A stretch of DNA of 64,000 nt from Escherichia coli 042 (GTDB lineage: Bacteria > Pseudomonadota > Gammaproteobacteria > Enterobacterales > Enterobacteriaceae), in NCBI RefSeq assembly GCF_000027125.1, contig NC_017626.1, one strand, 5' to 3'. The stretch's first letter is position 1. Every line of letters starts with the position of its first letter. Below are positions 11,471 through 22,308 of this stretch, piece after piece. The notes under the pieces are model-generated. The model was not told the DNA's origin and did no database searches. It worked only from the letters and a program-made list of their open reading frames with translations. The position numbers were made by a program, and so were the translations under genes.

Positions 11471-12379
11471 TTAGCCGGGAAACGTCTGGCGGCGCTGTTG
11501 GCTAAGTTTGCGGTATTGTTGCGGCGACATGCCGACATATTTGCCGAACGTGCTGTAAAAACGACTACTTGAACGAAAGCCTGCCGTCAGGGCAATATCG
11601 AGAATACTTTTATCGGTATCGCTCAGTAACGCGCGAACGTGGTTGATGCGCATCGCGGTTATGTACTGTTTCATCGTCAATTGCATGACCCGCTGGAATA
11701 TCCCCATTGCATAGTTGGCGTTAAGTTTGACGTGCTCAGCCACATCGTTGATGGTCAGCGCCTGATCATAGTTTTCGGCAATAAAGCCCAGCATCTGGCT
11801 AACATAAAATTGCGCATGGCGCGAGACGCTGTTTTTGTGTGTGCGCGAGGTTTTATTGACCAGAATCGGTTCCCAGCCAGAGAGGCTAAATCGCTTGAGC
11901 ATCAGGCCAATTTCATCAATGGCGAGCTGGCGAATTTGCTCGTTCGGACTGTTCAATTCCTGCTGCCAGCGGCGCACTTCAAACGGGCTAAGTTGCTGTG
12001 TGGCCAGTGATTTGATCACCATGCCGTGAGTGACGTGGTTAATCAGGTCTTTATCCAGCGGCCAGGAGAGAAACAGATGCATCGGCAGATTAAAAATCGC
12101 CATGCTCTGACAGGTTCCTGTATCTGTTAGTTGGTGCGGTGTACAGGCCCAGAACAGCGTGATATGACCCTGATTGATATTCACTTTTTCATTGTTGATC
12201 AGGTATTCCACATCGCCATCGAAAGGCACATTCACTTCGACCTGGCCATGCCAGTGGCTGGTGGGCATGATATGCGGTGCGCGAAACTCAATCTCCATCC
12301 GCTGGTATTCCGAATACAGCGACAGCGGGCTGCGGGTCTGTTTTTCGTCGCTGCTGCACATAAACGTATCTGTATTCAT
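11471..12379 (-). CDS. melR: Melibiose operon regulator MelR (AraC family)
   Basis: 302 aa; N-terminus MNTDTFMCSSDEKQTRSPLSLYSEYQRMEIEF; C-terminal AraC HTH; divergent from melA. Confidence 0.93.
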   Translation of the reverse strand: MNTDTFMCSSDEKQTRSPLSLYSEYQRMEIEFRAPHIMPTSHWHGQVEVNVPFDGDVEYLINNEKVNINQGHITLFWACTPHQLTDTGTCQSMAIFNLPMHLFLSWPLDKDLINHVTHGMVIKSLATQQLSPFEVRRWQQELNSPNEQIRQLAIDEIGLMLKRFSLSGWEPILVNKTSRTHKNSVSRHAQFYVSQMLGFIAENYDQALTINDVAEHVKLNANYAMGIFQRVMQLTMKQYITAMRINHVRALLSDTDKSILDIALTAGFRSSSRFYSTFGKYVGMSPQQYRKLSQQRRQTFPG

Positions 12380-12531
12380 GGATGGCTCTCTTTCCTGGAA
12401 TATCAGAATTATGGCAGGAGTGAGGGAGGATGACTGCGAGTGGGAGCACGGTTTTCACCCTCTTCCCACAGCGGCGAGGGGAGCGTCCGAGCATCATGAG
12501 GCCGAAAACTCTGCTTTTCAGGTAACTTATT

Positions 12532-12581
12532 CCCATAAACTCAGATTTATTGATGCTTCACGTAGGATCTGAGTTTATGGG
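12532..12581. promoter_or_regulatory. melA promoter region with MelR-site-like inverted repeat
   Basis: cccataaactcagat (12532-12546) and its inverted copy atctgagtttatggg (12567-12581), ~80 bp upstream of the melA start codon. Confidence 0.5.
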
Positions 12582-12661
12582 AATGCTCAACCTGGAAGCC
12601 GGAGGTTTTCTGCAGATTCGCCTGCCATGATGAAGTTATTCAAGCAAGCCAGGAGATCTGC

Positions 12662-14017
12662 ATGATGTCTGCACCCAAAATTACATTTATCGGCGCTGGT
12701 TCGACGATTTTCGTTAAAAATATTCTTGGTGATGTGTTCCATCGCGAGGCGCTGAAAACGGCGCATATTGCCCTGATGGACATTGATCCCACCCGCCTGG
12801 AAGAGTCGCATATTGTGGTGCGCAAGCTGATGGATTCAGCAGGGGCCAGCGGCAAAATCACCTGCCACACCCAACAGAAAGAAGCCTTACAGGATGCCGA
12901 TTTTGTCGTGGTGGCATTTCAGATTGGCGGTTATGAACCTTGCACGGTGACTGATTTCGAGGTCTGTAAGCGGCATGGTCTGGAACAAACCATTGCCGAT
13001 ACGTTGGGGCCGGGCGGTATTATGCGCGCGCTACGTACCATTCCGCATCTGTGGCAAATTTGCGAGGACATGACGGAAGTCTGCCCCGATGCCACCATGC
13101 TCAACTACGTTAACCCAATGGCGATGAATACCTGGGCGATGTATGCCCGCTATCCGCATATCAAACAGGTAGGGCTGTGCCATTCGGTGCAGGGAACGGC
13201 GGAAGAGCTGGCGCGTGACCTCAATATCGACCCGGCTACGCTGCGTTACCGTTGCGCAGGTATCAACCATATGGCGTTTTACCTGGAACTGGAGCGCAAA
13301 ACCGCCGACGGCAGTTACGTGAATCTCTACCCGGAACTGCTGGCGGCTTATGAAGCAGGGCAGGCACCGAAGCCGAATATTCATGGCAATACTCGCTGCC
13401 AGAATATTGTGCGCTATGAAATGTTCAAAAAGCTGGGCTACTTCGTCACGGAATCGTCAGAACATTTTGCTGAGTACACACCGTGGTTTATTAAGCCAGG
13501 TCGTGAGGATTTGATTGAGCGTTATAAAGTACCGCTGGATGAGTACCCGAAACGCTGCGTCGAGCAGCTGGCGAACTGGCATAAAGAGCTGGAGGAGTAT
13601 AAAAACGCCTCCCGGATTGATATTAAACCGTCACGGGAATATGCCAGCACAATCATGAACGCTATCTGGACTGGCGAGCCGAGTGTGATTTACGGCAACG
13701 TCCGTAACGATGTTTTGATTGATAACCTGCCACAAGGATGTTGCGTGGAAGTAGCCTGTCTGGTTGATGCTAATGGCATTCAGCCGACCAAAGTCGGTAC
13801 GCTACCTTCGCATCTGGCCGCTCTGATGCAAACCAACATCAACGTACAGACGCTGCTGACCGAAGCCATTCTTACGGAAAATCGCGACCGTGTTTACCAC
13901 GCCGCGATGATGGACCCGCATACTGCCGCCGTGCTGGGCATTGACGAAATATATGCTCTTGTTGACGACCTGATTGCTGCCCACGGCGACTGGCTGCCAG
14001 GCTGGTTGCACCGCTAA
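12662..14017 (+). CDS. melA: Alpha-galactosidase MelA (GH4, NAD/Mn-dependent)
   Basis: 451 aa; N-terminal Rossmann motif KITFIGAGSTIF; full length as in K-12. Confidence 0.95.
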   Translation: MMSAPKITFIGAGSTIFVKNILGDVFHREALKTAHIALMDIDPTRLEESHIVVRKLMDSAGASGKITCHTQQKEALQDADFVVVAFQIGGYEPCTVTDFEVCKRHGLEQTIADTLGPGGIMRALRTIPHLWQICEDMTEVCPDATMLNYVNPMAMNTWAMYARYPHIKQVGLCHSVQGTAEELARDLNIDPATLRYRCAGINHMAFYLELERKTADGSYVNLYPELLAAYEAGQAPKPNIHGNTRCQNIVRYEMFKKLGYFVTESSEHFAEYTPWFIKPGREDLIERYKVPLDEYPKRCVEQLANWHKELEEYKNASRIDIKPSREYASTIMNAIWTGEPSVIYGNVRNDVLIDNLPQGCCVEVACLVDANGIQPTKVGTLPSHLAALMQTNINVQTLLTEAILTENRDRVYHAAMMDPHTAAVLGIDEIYALVDDLIAAHGDWLPGWLHR

Positions 14018-14664
14018 GGGGTTATCGCTTCCGGCGCTCTGGTTATCAAGCCAAAGCGCCGTAGCTGGCGGCAATGCAAGCGAGCGAGGAATATCACCGT
14101 CGTTAATGCGCCAAGCAGCGCGCAGAACATATCGGATTGCGTGTCCCACTGGTCGCCCTGGGTGCCGAGAAAATCATCCGCTCCCTGACCCATTGCCAGC
14201 GCCGCCCACCACTCGATTAATTCATACATCGCGCTTATCGCCAGCGCCACGCAACAGACCAGAAACGCCACCATTTTACGTCCGCGAACGTACATCCCGC
14301 GCACAAGGATCTCACGTGCCACCAGTGCAGGCACCAGCCCCTGGAAAAAATGCCCCAGCTTGTCATACGGATTACGGCTCAACCCCAGCCATTCCTGCAC
14401 CTCAAAACCAACGGGGACTTTCGCGTAGGTGTATTGTCCGCCGACCATCAGGATGATGGCGTGAAAGAAAATGAGCGTATAGAGCAGCGGCGTTAACGGA
14501 TAACGTCTGGCGGTGGCAAGCAGTAGCGGCACGACAATAATCACCGGTGTCACTTCCATCAGCCAGGTGAGTTTGTCATGGGCCGAAATGCCGGTATAAA
14601 TCAGGATTAACGTTAGCGCCAGTGCGCCGGTGTTAAGAATTAACGGCTTGAGTGTGCGGGTCAT
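14014..14664 (-). CDS. yjdF: Inner-membrane protein YjdF (DUF2238)
   Basis: 216-aa multi-TM ORF beginning MTRTLKPLILNTGALALTLILIY. Its stop codon overlaps the melA stop; the last ~8 codons read antisense to the sequence immediately after melA. Confidence 0.85.
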   Translation of the reverse strand: MTRTLKPLILNTGALALTLILIYTGISAHDKLTWLMEVTPVIIVVPLLLATARRYPLTPLLYTLIFFHAIILMVGGQYTYAKVPVGFEVQEWLGLSRNPYDKLGHFFQGLVPALVAREILVRGMYVRGRKMVAFLVCCVALAISAMYELIEWWAALAMGQGADDFLGTQGDQWDTQSDMFCALLGALTTVIFLARLHCRQLRRFGLITRAPEAITP

Positions 14665-14786
14665 GGTGAGTTCGCAAGTCAGGGAAAATACTGACTATTC
14701 ACCAGCAAGCGTGAAATTACAATCGTAAAAGAGGTGGCCCAGGGGGATCACCTGGCAGCATGCTGCCAGGCGCTGGGCCGAAGAGG

Positions 14787-16433
14787 TTACTTAGTGCAGT
14801 TCGCGCACTGTTTGTTGACGATTTGCTGGAAGAAGTCGTTACCTTTGTCATCGACCAGGATAAACGCCGGGAAATCTTCTACTTCGATTTTCCAGATAGC
14901 TTCCATACCCAGCTCTGGATAAGCGACGCATTCCAGATGCTTGATGCTCTGCTGCGCCAGTACCGCCGCCGGACCGCCGATGCTACCGAGGTAGAAGCCG
15001 CCGTGTTTATGACACGCGTCGGTAACCTGCTGACTGCGGTTACCTTTCGCCAGCATGATCATGCTGCCGCCGTGGGATTGCAGCAGATCCACGTAGGAGT
15101 CCATACGACCTGCGGTAGTTGGGCCAAGTGAACCTGATGGATAACCGGCAGGGGTTTTCGCCGGACCCGCGTAGTAGATCGGGTGATCTTTGATGTACTG
15201 CGGAAGTTCTTTACCGGCGTCAATCAGCTCTTTCAGCTTGGCGTGTGCAATATCTCGACCCACAATAATGGTGCCGGTGAGCGACAAACGAGTGGAAACC
15301 GGATATTGCGAAAGCTGGGCGAGGATCTCTTTCATCGGGCGGTTAAGGTCGACCTTCACCGCTTCGCCTTCACCGGCCTGACGCAGTTCTTGTGGAATGT
15401 ACTGGCCTGGATTGTGTTCCAGTTTTTCGATCCAGATACCTTCGCGGTTGATTTTCGCTTTAATGTTACGGTCAGCGGAGCAGGAGACGCCCATGCCTAC
15501 CGGGCAGGATGCGCCGTGACGTGGCAGACGGATAACGCGAATGTCGTGCGCGAAGTATTTACCGCCAAACTGCGCGCCAAGACCGAGTTTCTGGGCCTCT
15601 TCCAGCAGTTCCTGTTCCAGCTGGACATCGCGGAACGCCTGACCATGTTCGTTCCCTTCCGTCGGCAGCTCATCATAATAGTGAGCGCTTGCTAACTTGA
15701 CGGTTTTCAGGTTGGTTTCCGCAGACGTACCGCCAATCACAAACGCGATATGGTACGGCGGGCAGGCTGCCGTACCGAGGGTACGCATTTTCTCAACGAG
15801 GAAGTTTTTCAGTTTGCCGGGAGTCAGCAGAGCTTTGGTTTCCTGGTAGAGATAGGTTTTGTTGGCAGAGCCGCCGCCTTTAGCGACACAGAGGAATTTG
15901 TACTCATCGCCATCTACCGCGTACAGGTCGATTTGCGCAGGCAGGTTAGTGCCGGTGTTGACCTCTTTGTACATGTCCAGCGCCGCATTCTGTGAATAGC
16001 GCAGGTTATCTTCGATATAGGTGTTATAGACGCCTTTCGACAGCGCTTCTTCATCACCGCCGCCGGTCCACACGCGCTGACCTTTTTTACCGACGATGAT
16101 CGCGGTGCCGGTGTCCTGGCAGGTCGGCAGCACGCCTTTGGCGGCGATTTCGGAGTTTCTTAAGAATTGCAGCGCCACGTACTTGTCGTTTTCGCTGGCT
16201 TCTGGATCTTGAAGAATAGCCGCGACCTGTTTCTGGTGTGCCGGGCGGAGCATGAAAGAAGCGTCGTGAAAGGCTTGCTGCGCCAGCAGAGTCAGGGCTT
16301 CTGGTTCCACTTTCAGGATGGTTTCACCGTCGAAGTCGGCAACGCTAACGTAATCGGAAGTGAGTAGATAGTATTCGGTATTGTCTTTCCCCATCGGGAA
16401 AGGTGCCTGGTAGATAAAGGGTTTGTTTGACAT
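14787..16433 (-). CDS. fumB: Class I fumarate hydratase FumB (anaerobic, Fe-S)
   Basis: 548 aa; [31 protein letters not shown]; upstream of and co-oriented with dcuB. Confidence 0.95.
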   Translation of the reverse strand: MSNKPFIYQAPFPMGKDNTEYYLLTSDYVSVADFDGETILKVEPEALTLLAQQAFHDASFMLRPAHQKQVAAILQDPEASENDKYVALQFLRNSEIAAKGVLPTCQDTGTAIIVGKKGQRVWTGGGDEEALSKGVYNTYIEDNLRYSQNAALDMYKEVNTGTNLPAQIDLYAVDGDEYKFLCVAKGGGSANKTYLYQETKALLTPGKLKNFLVEKMRTLGTAACPPYHIAFVIGGTSAETNLKTVKLASAHYYDELPTEGNEHGQAFRDVQLEQELLEEAQKLGLGAQFGGKYFAHDIRVIRLPRHGASCPVGMGVSCSADRNIKAKINREGIWIEKLEHNPGQYIPQELRQAGEGEAVKVDLNRPMKEILAQLSQYPVSTRLSLTGTIIVGRDIAHAKLKELIDAGKELPQYIKDHPIYYAGPAKTPAGYPSGSLGPTTAGRMDSYVDLLQSHGGSMIMLAKGNRSQQVTDACHKHGGFYLGSIGGPAAVLAQQSIKHLECVAYPELGMEAIWKIEVEDFPAFILVDDKGNDFFQQIVNKQCANCTK

Positions 16434-16510
16434 AGCTTCCAGCCTGTAACTCTGTATTTGTTATTCGAAAATGGCGTGCCGCGTAGTGACGGGCGGCACG
16501 CAAAGTGCAT

Positions 16511-17851
16511 TTATAAGAACCCGTACATCGCGGCGAAGATCCAGCCGAAGACGCACGATACGCTCACACCAATCAACCCCGGCAGAATAAAGCTGTGGTT
16601 AATGACGAAGCGACCGATGTGGGTGGTGCCGGAACGGTCAAACTGAATCGCTGCCAGATCGCTCGGATAAGTCGGCAGGATGTAATAACCGTAGCAAGCC
16701 GGTGCTGAAGCCACGATGTATGCCGGATCAACGCCGATCGCCAGCGCGACCGGAACAATCGCCGCCAGCGCCGCAGCCTGAGAGTTTACAAACTTGGAAA
16801 CCAGCAGCAGAACAATGGCATAGGCCCACGGATACTCTTTCACCATTTCGCCCAGTACGCCCTGAATTTCAGACATATGTGCACCGAACATGGTTTCTGC
16901 CATCCATGCGATACCGTACACCGCCACGATGGCGATCATACCGGAACGGAAGACTTCGTTTTTTGAGATAGACGCGGGATTGGTTTTGGTCAGGATAATA
17001 ATCAGCGCCCCGGTCAGCAGCATAAACATCTGAATAACCAGTACCATCGACAGCGGTTTGCCACCGAAGGATGGACGCAGGTCCGAATCAGCACCAAGAA
17101 GGGCGACTACAGCGATTGCCCCGAGGAAAATCCACATTGCCAGCCAGTTGCTTTTCGGCAGTTTTTTATCCAGCAGCGTCGCGGTATCACCGTAAACATA
17201 CTCACGGTTTTCCGGTACGGAGATGAATTTCTGGAACTCTTCGTCTTTATCCAGATCTTTACCGCGGAACCAGCTGAAGATACCGATCGCCAGGATACCG
17301 ATTAACGTCGATGGAATGGTGATTGCCAGCAGGTCGAGGAACTCAAGATGGCGACCATCAAAGGTGACATTACCCAGCATCGCAACCAGAGACACGACTG
17401 CAACCGACACCGGACTGGCGATAATCCCCATCTGTGCACCAATAGAACTTGCCGCCATCGGACGTTCCGGACGGATATTGTTCTTAATAGCAACGTCGTA
17501 GATGATCGGCAGAATGGTGTAAACCACATGACCCGTACCGCAAAGAATGGTCAGCGTACAGGTCACAAACGGCGCGACAATTGAGACATATTTCGGGTTA
17601 CGGCGCAGCAGCTTCTCGGCAATTTGCAGCATGACATCAAGACCGCCCGAAGCTTGCAAGGTCGCCGATGCCGCCACCACCGCAATGATAACCAGCATGA
17701 CATCAACCGGTGGTTTACCTGGCTGAAGGTGGAAGACGAAGACCAGAATGACCAGACCGATACCGCCTAATAAACCCAGCGCGATACCACCCTTTCTGGC
17801 ACCATAAAACAGACATATCAGTATTATGATAAGTTGGATAGTAAATAACAT
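16511..17851 (-). CDS. dcuB: Anaerobic C4-dicarboxylate antiporter DcuB
   Basis: 446 aa polytopic membrane protein; [22 protein letters not shown]; synteny with fumB and dcuRS. Confidence 0.95.
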
Positions 17852-18421
17852 GTGTGAACCCTCGCGATAATCCTATTTAAATTTTTGCTGAATAGATCAC
17901 AGTCACGTTCTGTTTTGTATGAACTGTTTTCAGAGCCTGACTAAATATCCGTTTGGTCGTTACCGGCTTGAGCAAATACCTCACAGTGAATATTGGCTGA
18001 TTAAAGCAGCGGCAAATTTATGCACTGTGATAAGCGGCTTTTTCAGAGAGAAAGACTCTCTGGCGATGGGTTTATAGTTTGTACAACGCAGATGTTAATG
18101 TTTTGTTTGCTTCTATCTTATTGATATTTATCGGTCTGTTTTTTGTTCTCAGGGCAGATGTCATTAGGTTTATAGATTAATCTGATCTACCCATTTGTGG
18201 GTAAAAATACACATAATGCGGGTGACATAATAGTTAATTAACTTTTGTTAGCGTTTTGAAATTAAAAACACCGTTCATCTGAAGAGATATTAATTTTTAA
18301 CGATGATGGAGGGATAATTATATTTGATCTGGCACAAGTTTTACTGATGAAGAATGTAACTTGTGCCAGGAATATTTTGCATTACAGTAATAATTATTAC
18401 TTACAGATAACCAGCGATCCG

Positions 18422-19141
18422 TTATTGGCAATATTGTTTCAGCAGTGAGTAGTGTTCTGCCTGAATTCGGTAACGGTAAACCGGACGCCCCGTTACGCCA
18501 TAATGGATACTGGTGAACAAGATGTGGCAGTTGACCAGCCAGATGAGGTATTTACGGCAGGAAACACGTGAGATGTTAACCTCGTTGGCCAGCTCGTCGG
18601 TTGAAAACTCATAGTCCTGATGCGCGTCAATCCACTGGCACAGCGTGCGTAACGTCTGCGGCGTTAAGCCTTTTGGCAAGCGACGAGGATCCTGTTCGTT
18701 GGAGCTGCTGCCGTGGATTAGCTGATCAAGCTCGGCCTGGTCATAATACTGATGTTTTTCCAGCGCCATTTTCTTTTGCCGCCAGCCGGTGAGCGCCTCT
18801 TCAAAGCGGGAAGCCTGGAAGGGTTTGATCAGGTAATCCACGACACCGTAATGCAGCGAATCTTTAATGGTTGCCGCATCGGCTGCGGAGGAGATGACAA
18901 TCACATCACTTTTGCAACGCGCGTTATGCAGGACAGGCAGTAAATCGAGCCCGTTCTCTTTTTGCATATAGATATCGAGCAATATCAGGTCGATAGGCGT
19001 ATCGCTATCGAAGATAATCTCTTTGGCTTTCTCCAGCGTCGAGGCTGTTCCACAGCATTGAAAGCCCGGGATTTGTGCCACGTATCGGCGATTCAGCTCC
19101 GCGACCATTGCGTCGTCATCGATAATTAATACATTGATCAT
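18422..19141 (-). CDS. dcuR: Response regulator DcuR
   Basis: 239 aa; receiver domain MINVLIIDDDAMVAELNRRYV; 4-nt overlap with the dcuS stop. Confidence 0.93.
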   Translation of the reverse strand: MINVLIIDDDAMVAELNRRYVAQIPGFQCCGTASTLEKAKEIIFDSDTPIDLILLDIYMQKENGLDLLPVLHNARCKSDVIVISSAADAATIKDSLHYGVVDYLIKPFQASRFEEALTGWRQKKMALEKHQYYDQAELDQLIHGSSSNEQDPRRLPKGLTPQTLRTLCQWIDAHQDYEFSTDELANEVNISRVSCRKYLIWLVNCHILFTSIHYGVTGRPVYRYRIQAEHYSLLKQYCQ

Positions 19142-20769
19142 CTGTTCGACCTCTCCCCGTCCCAGGGTATCTGGACAAAAAATTGTGTGAAAATCCCGGG
19201 TTCCGATTCCACGGCGATGCTGCCGCCGAGATTTTCTACCTGTTGTTTGACAAGTGCTAAACCGACGCCTCGCTCGCTTCCTTTTGTCGAGACACCTTTG
19301 TCAAAAATGTGATCGATTTTGTCGGGTGCGATCCCCGGTCCATCATCGTTAACTTCACAGTGCAGCCAGCCGTGACGGTAGTGCAATGTTACGCTAATTT
19401 CGCCACCGGGTTCCGGCCCTAATGCTTCCAGCGCGTTTTCTATCAGATTTCCCAACGTGGTAATCAGCGTCGCGACCTGGTCTTCACTGCCGCTGTCTGG
19501 CAGCTGGCTTTCACTGTTTAAAATCAGCGTATGGCCTAAATCGGTCGCGCGGTTAATCTTGCTGATTAAAAAACCAGCGATAACCGGAGATTTGATCTTA
19601 CCCAGCAGAGAGCCAATCTCTTCCTGATAGTTATTGGCTGTTTTGAGAATGTAATCTTCCAACTGCTTATAACTCTTCAGATGCAATAATCCGAGAATCA
19701 CATGCAATTTATTCATAAATTCGTGGGACCGTTCACGAAGTGCGTCAGCATAGTTGACCAGACCGTCGAGTCGTTGCATCAGTTTACGTACTTCAGTTTT
19801 GTCCCTGAAGGTTGAAATGGCACCGATGATAACGCCATTACTGCGCACCGGAACGGTGTTGATCAGTAATAGCCGGTCTTTAATCGTAATCTCTTCGTCG
19901 CGGCGCGGGGTACCGTCGCGTAACACTTCCGAGACATCTACCACCTGTGACCACGAGTGGCTTAGCGTCGACAGTTTCTCATCGTCCTGCGACTTACGGT
20001 AATTCAGCAATTCTTGTGCGGCATCGTTGATCAGCGTGACCTCGCCGCGATCGTCCACGGCAACGACGCCTTCTTTGATAGACTGCAACATGGCCTGGCG
20101 TTGCTCAAACAGCGTGGAGATTTCGTAGGGTTCCAGGCCGAAAAGGATTTTTTTCAGTACTTTAACCAGAATGCAGGTGCCAATCAGTCCGACCAGCATG
20201 CCAAATAATACTGACCAGATAATGCTCCAGCGACTGTCATTGATCTGTTGGGTCACGCGGCTTAACTCAAGGCCGATCGCCACCACGCCAATTTGTTTAT
20301 GATTTTCATCGTAGATGGGGGTAAATACGCGTAAAGCCTGCGCCAGAAAACCGCGATTGATAGCGACATTTTCTTCGCCATTCAGCGCTTTAAGGATGTC
20401 ATCACCTTTAAATGGCTGACCAATACGCTGGGCTTCAGGATGCGAGTAGCGAAGACTTTGCATATCGGTAACGACAATAAACAGCAGATCGTTGCGTTTG
20501 CGTACGGCTTCCGCGATGGCCTGGATGCCGCTCTCCTGCGGTTTTTTCTGCAAGCCCTGACGGATTTCCGGCGAGTCGGCGAGAGTACGCGCCACTGCCA
20601 GTGCCTTGTTGGCTAGCCCGTCTCGCGTCATATCACTGATTTGCGAGAAGTAAATCAGATGCACCACCAATAGCACCGAGAACAGTACCGCGCTGACCAT
20701 TAAGATCACAGTGGTACTCAATTTCATCGGACGTTTGCGTAACATGCGGTAGGGCAATGAATGTCTCAT
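19138..20769 (-). CDS. dcuS: C4-dicarboxylate sensor histidine kinase DcuS
   Basis: 543 aa; two TM segments flanking a periplasmic domain, then PAS and kinase domains. Confidence 0.93.
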   Translation of the reverse strand: MRHSLPYRMLRKRPMKLSTTVILMVSAVLFSVLLVVHLIYFSQISDMTRDGLANKALAVARTLADSPEIRQGLQKKPQESGIQAIAEAVRKRNDLLFIVVTDMQSLRYSHPEAQRIGQPFKGDDILKALNGEENVAINRGFLAQALRVFTPIYDENHKQIGVVAIGLELSRVTQQINDSRWSIIWSVLFGMLVGLIGTCILVKVLKKILFGLEPYEISTLFEQRQAMLQSIKEGVVAVDDRGEVTLINDAAQELLNYRKSQDDEKLSTLSHSWSQVVDVSEVLRDGTPRRDEEITIKDRLLLINTVPVRSNGVIIGAISTFRDKTEVRKLMQRLDGLVNYADALRERSHEFMNKLHVILGLLHLKSYKQLEDYILKTANNYQEEIGSLLGKIKSPVIAGFLISKINRATDLGHTLILNSESQLPDSGSEDQVATLITTLGNLIENALEALGPEPGGEISVTLHYRHGWLHCEVNDDGPGIAPDKIDHIFDKGVSTKGSERGVGLALVKQQVENLGGSIAVESEPGIFTQFFVQIPWDGERSNR

Positions 20770-20949
20770 CAGCTTCCTTGTGTGACAAATTTCTTAAGCA
20801 TTATCTCTGATGAGGCGGGTAATTCAAAGGGAGTAAGAATGATTGGCTATATAGGGGAAGAGACTCTGGCAACGGAAACTGCCAGTGCTGTATGAAGATT
20901 CCAGGGCTATGCTTATAGTGAAAACCATACTGATGAGAGAGGGAAGGTC

Positions 20950-21180
20950 ATGGATCAGGCGCTACTGGACGGGGGTTATCGCTGTTATACCGGCGAAAAG
21001 ATCGATGTCTATTTCAATACTGCGATATGTCAGCATTCTGGCAATTGCGTACGTGGCAACGGCAAGTTATTTAATCTCAAACGAAAGCCGTGGATCATGC
21101 CGGATGAAGTCGACGTTGCCACTGTGGTTAAAGTGATTGATACGTGCCCGAGCGGCGCGCTGAAATACCGTCATAAATAA
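20950..21180 (+). CDS. yjdI: Small Cys-rich protein YjdI (DUF1271-like)
   Basis: 76 aa with several Cys; directly upstream of yjdJ as in K-12. Confidence 0.8.
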   Translation: MDQALLDGGYRCYTGEKIDVYFNTAICQHSGNCVRGNGKLFNLKRKPWIMPDEVDVATVVKVIDTCPSGALKYRHK

Positions 21181-21191
21181 GCGAGGGTAAA

Positions 21192-21464
21192 ATGGAAATA
21201 CGCGAAGGCCACAATAAATTTTACATTAATGACGAACAGGGCAAGCAAATCGCTGAAATTGTCTTTGTGCCGACCGGAGAGAATTTAGCGATTATCGAAC
21301 ATACCGATGTCGATGAAAGCCTGAAAGGGCAAGGGATTGGTAAACAGCTGGTTGCGAAAGTCGTGGAAAAAATGCGTCGGGAAAAACGAAAAATTATCCC
21401 ACTATGCCCATTTGCGAAACACGAATTTGATAAAACGCGTGAGTATGATGATATTCGAAGTTGA
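21192..21464 (+). CDS. yjdJ: GNAT-like acyltransferase YjdJ
   Basis: 90 aa; [25 protein letters not shown]... with a GNAT-like QGIGKQLV motif. Confidence 0.8.
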   Translation: MEIREGHNKFYINDEQGKQIAEIVFVPTGENLAIIEHTDVDESLKGQGIGKQLVAKVVEKMRREKRKIIPLCPFAKHEFDKTREYDDIRS

Positions 21465-21692
21465 TGGGAGAGTACAGAGTCACGATATTTTTCTTGCTCT
21501 CCGCGGTGTGATGCAGGAGAGTATCTGAAGGGTAGGGGGATGCACAAAGAATGGTCAGAGAGAGCGTTTTTTTGTCCCAAGTCATCCCCTTTACTGAGCA
21601 AAAAAAAAAGAATATCTCCTATATGAAAATCATCGATCGGGGTTAATAAGTTTTGCGTCCCCAGAGCGTTCAATATTGATAGGAGTCATATT

Positions 21693-21989
21693 ATGGAAGG
21701 TAAAAACAAGTTCAATACTTATGTTGTTTCTTTTGATTATCCATCATCTTATTCCTCAGTGTTCTTAAGGTTAAGATCATTGATGTATGATATGAATTTC
21801 TCCTCTATCGTGGCTGATGAATATGGGATACCACGACAATTGAATGAAAACTCCTTCGCAATAACGACATCGTTAGCCGCAAGTGAAATCGAAGATTTAA
21901 TCAGGCTTAAATGCTTAGACTTACCGGATATTGACTTTGACCTCAACATTATGACAGTTGATGATTATTTCCGTCAGTTTTACAAGTAG
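21693..21989 (+). CDS. ghoS: Type V antitoxin GhoS (endoribonuclease)
   Basis: 98 aa; MEGKNKFNTYVVSFDYPSSYSSVFLRL; immediately followed by a ghoT-like small ORF. Confidence 0.85.
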   Translation: MEGKNKFNTYVVSFDYPSSYSSVFLRLRSLMYDMNFSSIVADEYGIPRQLNENSFAITTSLAASEIEDLIRLKCLDLPDIDFDLNIMTVDDYFRQFYK

Positions 21990-22016
21990 CCAGGAAGGAT
22001 AAGAAGAACATAAAAA

Positions 22017-22190
22017 ATGGCACTATTCTCTAAAATATTAATTTTTTATGTGATTGGTGTGAACATATCCTTTGTCATTATCTGGTTTATCTCACATGAG
22101 AAAACACATATTCGTTTACTTAGTGCATTCCTGGTCGGAATAACCTGGCCAATGAGTCTGCCTGTGGCATTACTTTTTTCTCTCTTTTAG
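22017..22190 (+). CDS. ghoT: Membrane-lytic toxin GhoT (57 aa; not in the supplied ORF track)
   Basis: Manual translation from atg 22017: MALFSKILIFYVIGVNISFVIIWFISHEKTHIRLLSAFLVGITWPMSLPVALLFSLF then TAG; two hydrophobic helices; 27 nt downstream of ghoS. Confidence 0.8.
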   Translation: MALFSKILIFYVIGVNISFVIIWFISHEKTHIRLLSAFLVGITWPMSLPVALLFSLF

Positions 22191-22265
22191 GAGCTGTAGT
22201 TGAGTGGACCCGCTGGTTATCTTGAAACGAAGCGTCTCTCCTCATAACTGGATTTGCGGAACGAC

Positions 22266-22295
22266 GAACGAAGCAGTCGCCTGACTGCTTCGTTC
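22266..22295. terminator. Hairpin between the convergent ghoT and lysU genes (possible bidirectional terminator)
   Basis: gaacgaagcagtc-gcc-tgactgcttcgttc stem-loop with T-rich flank. Confidence 0.45.
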
Positions 22296-22308
22296 ATTTA
22301 AGTGAAAT

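Noticed and set aside
12174-12572. 132-aa and 100-aa ORFs on the + strand upstream of melA
   Set aside because: Overlap the melR coding region antisense and the melR-melA intergenic promoter, which is better explained as regulatory DNA.
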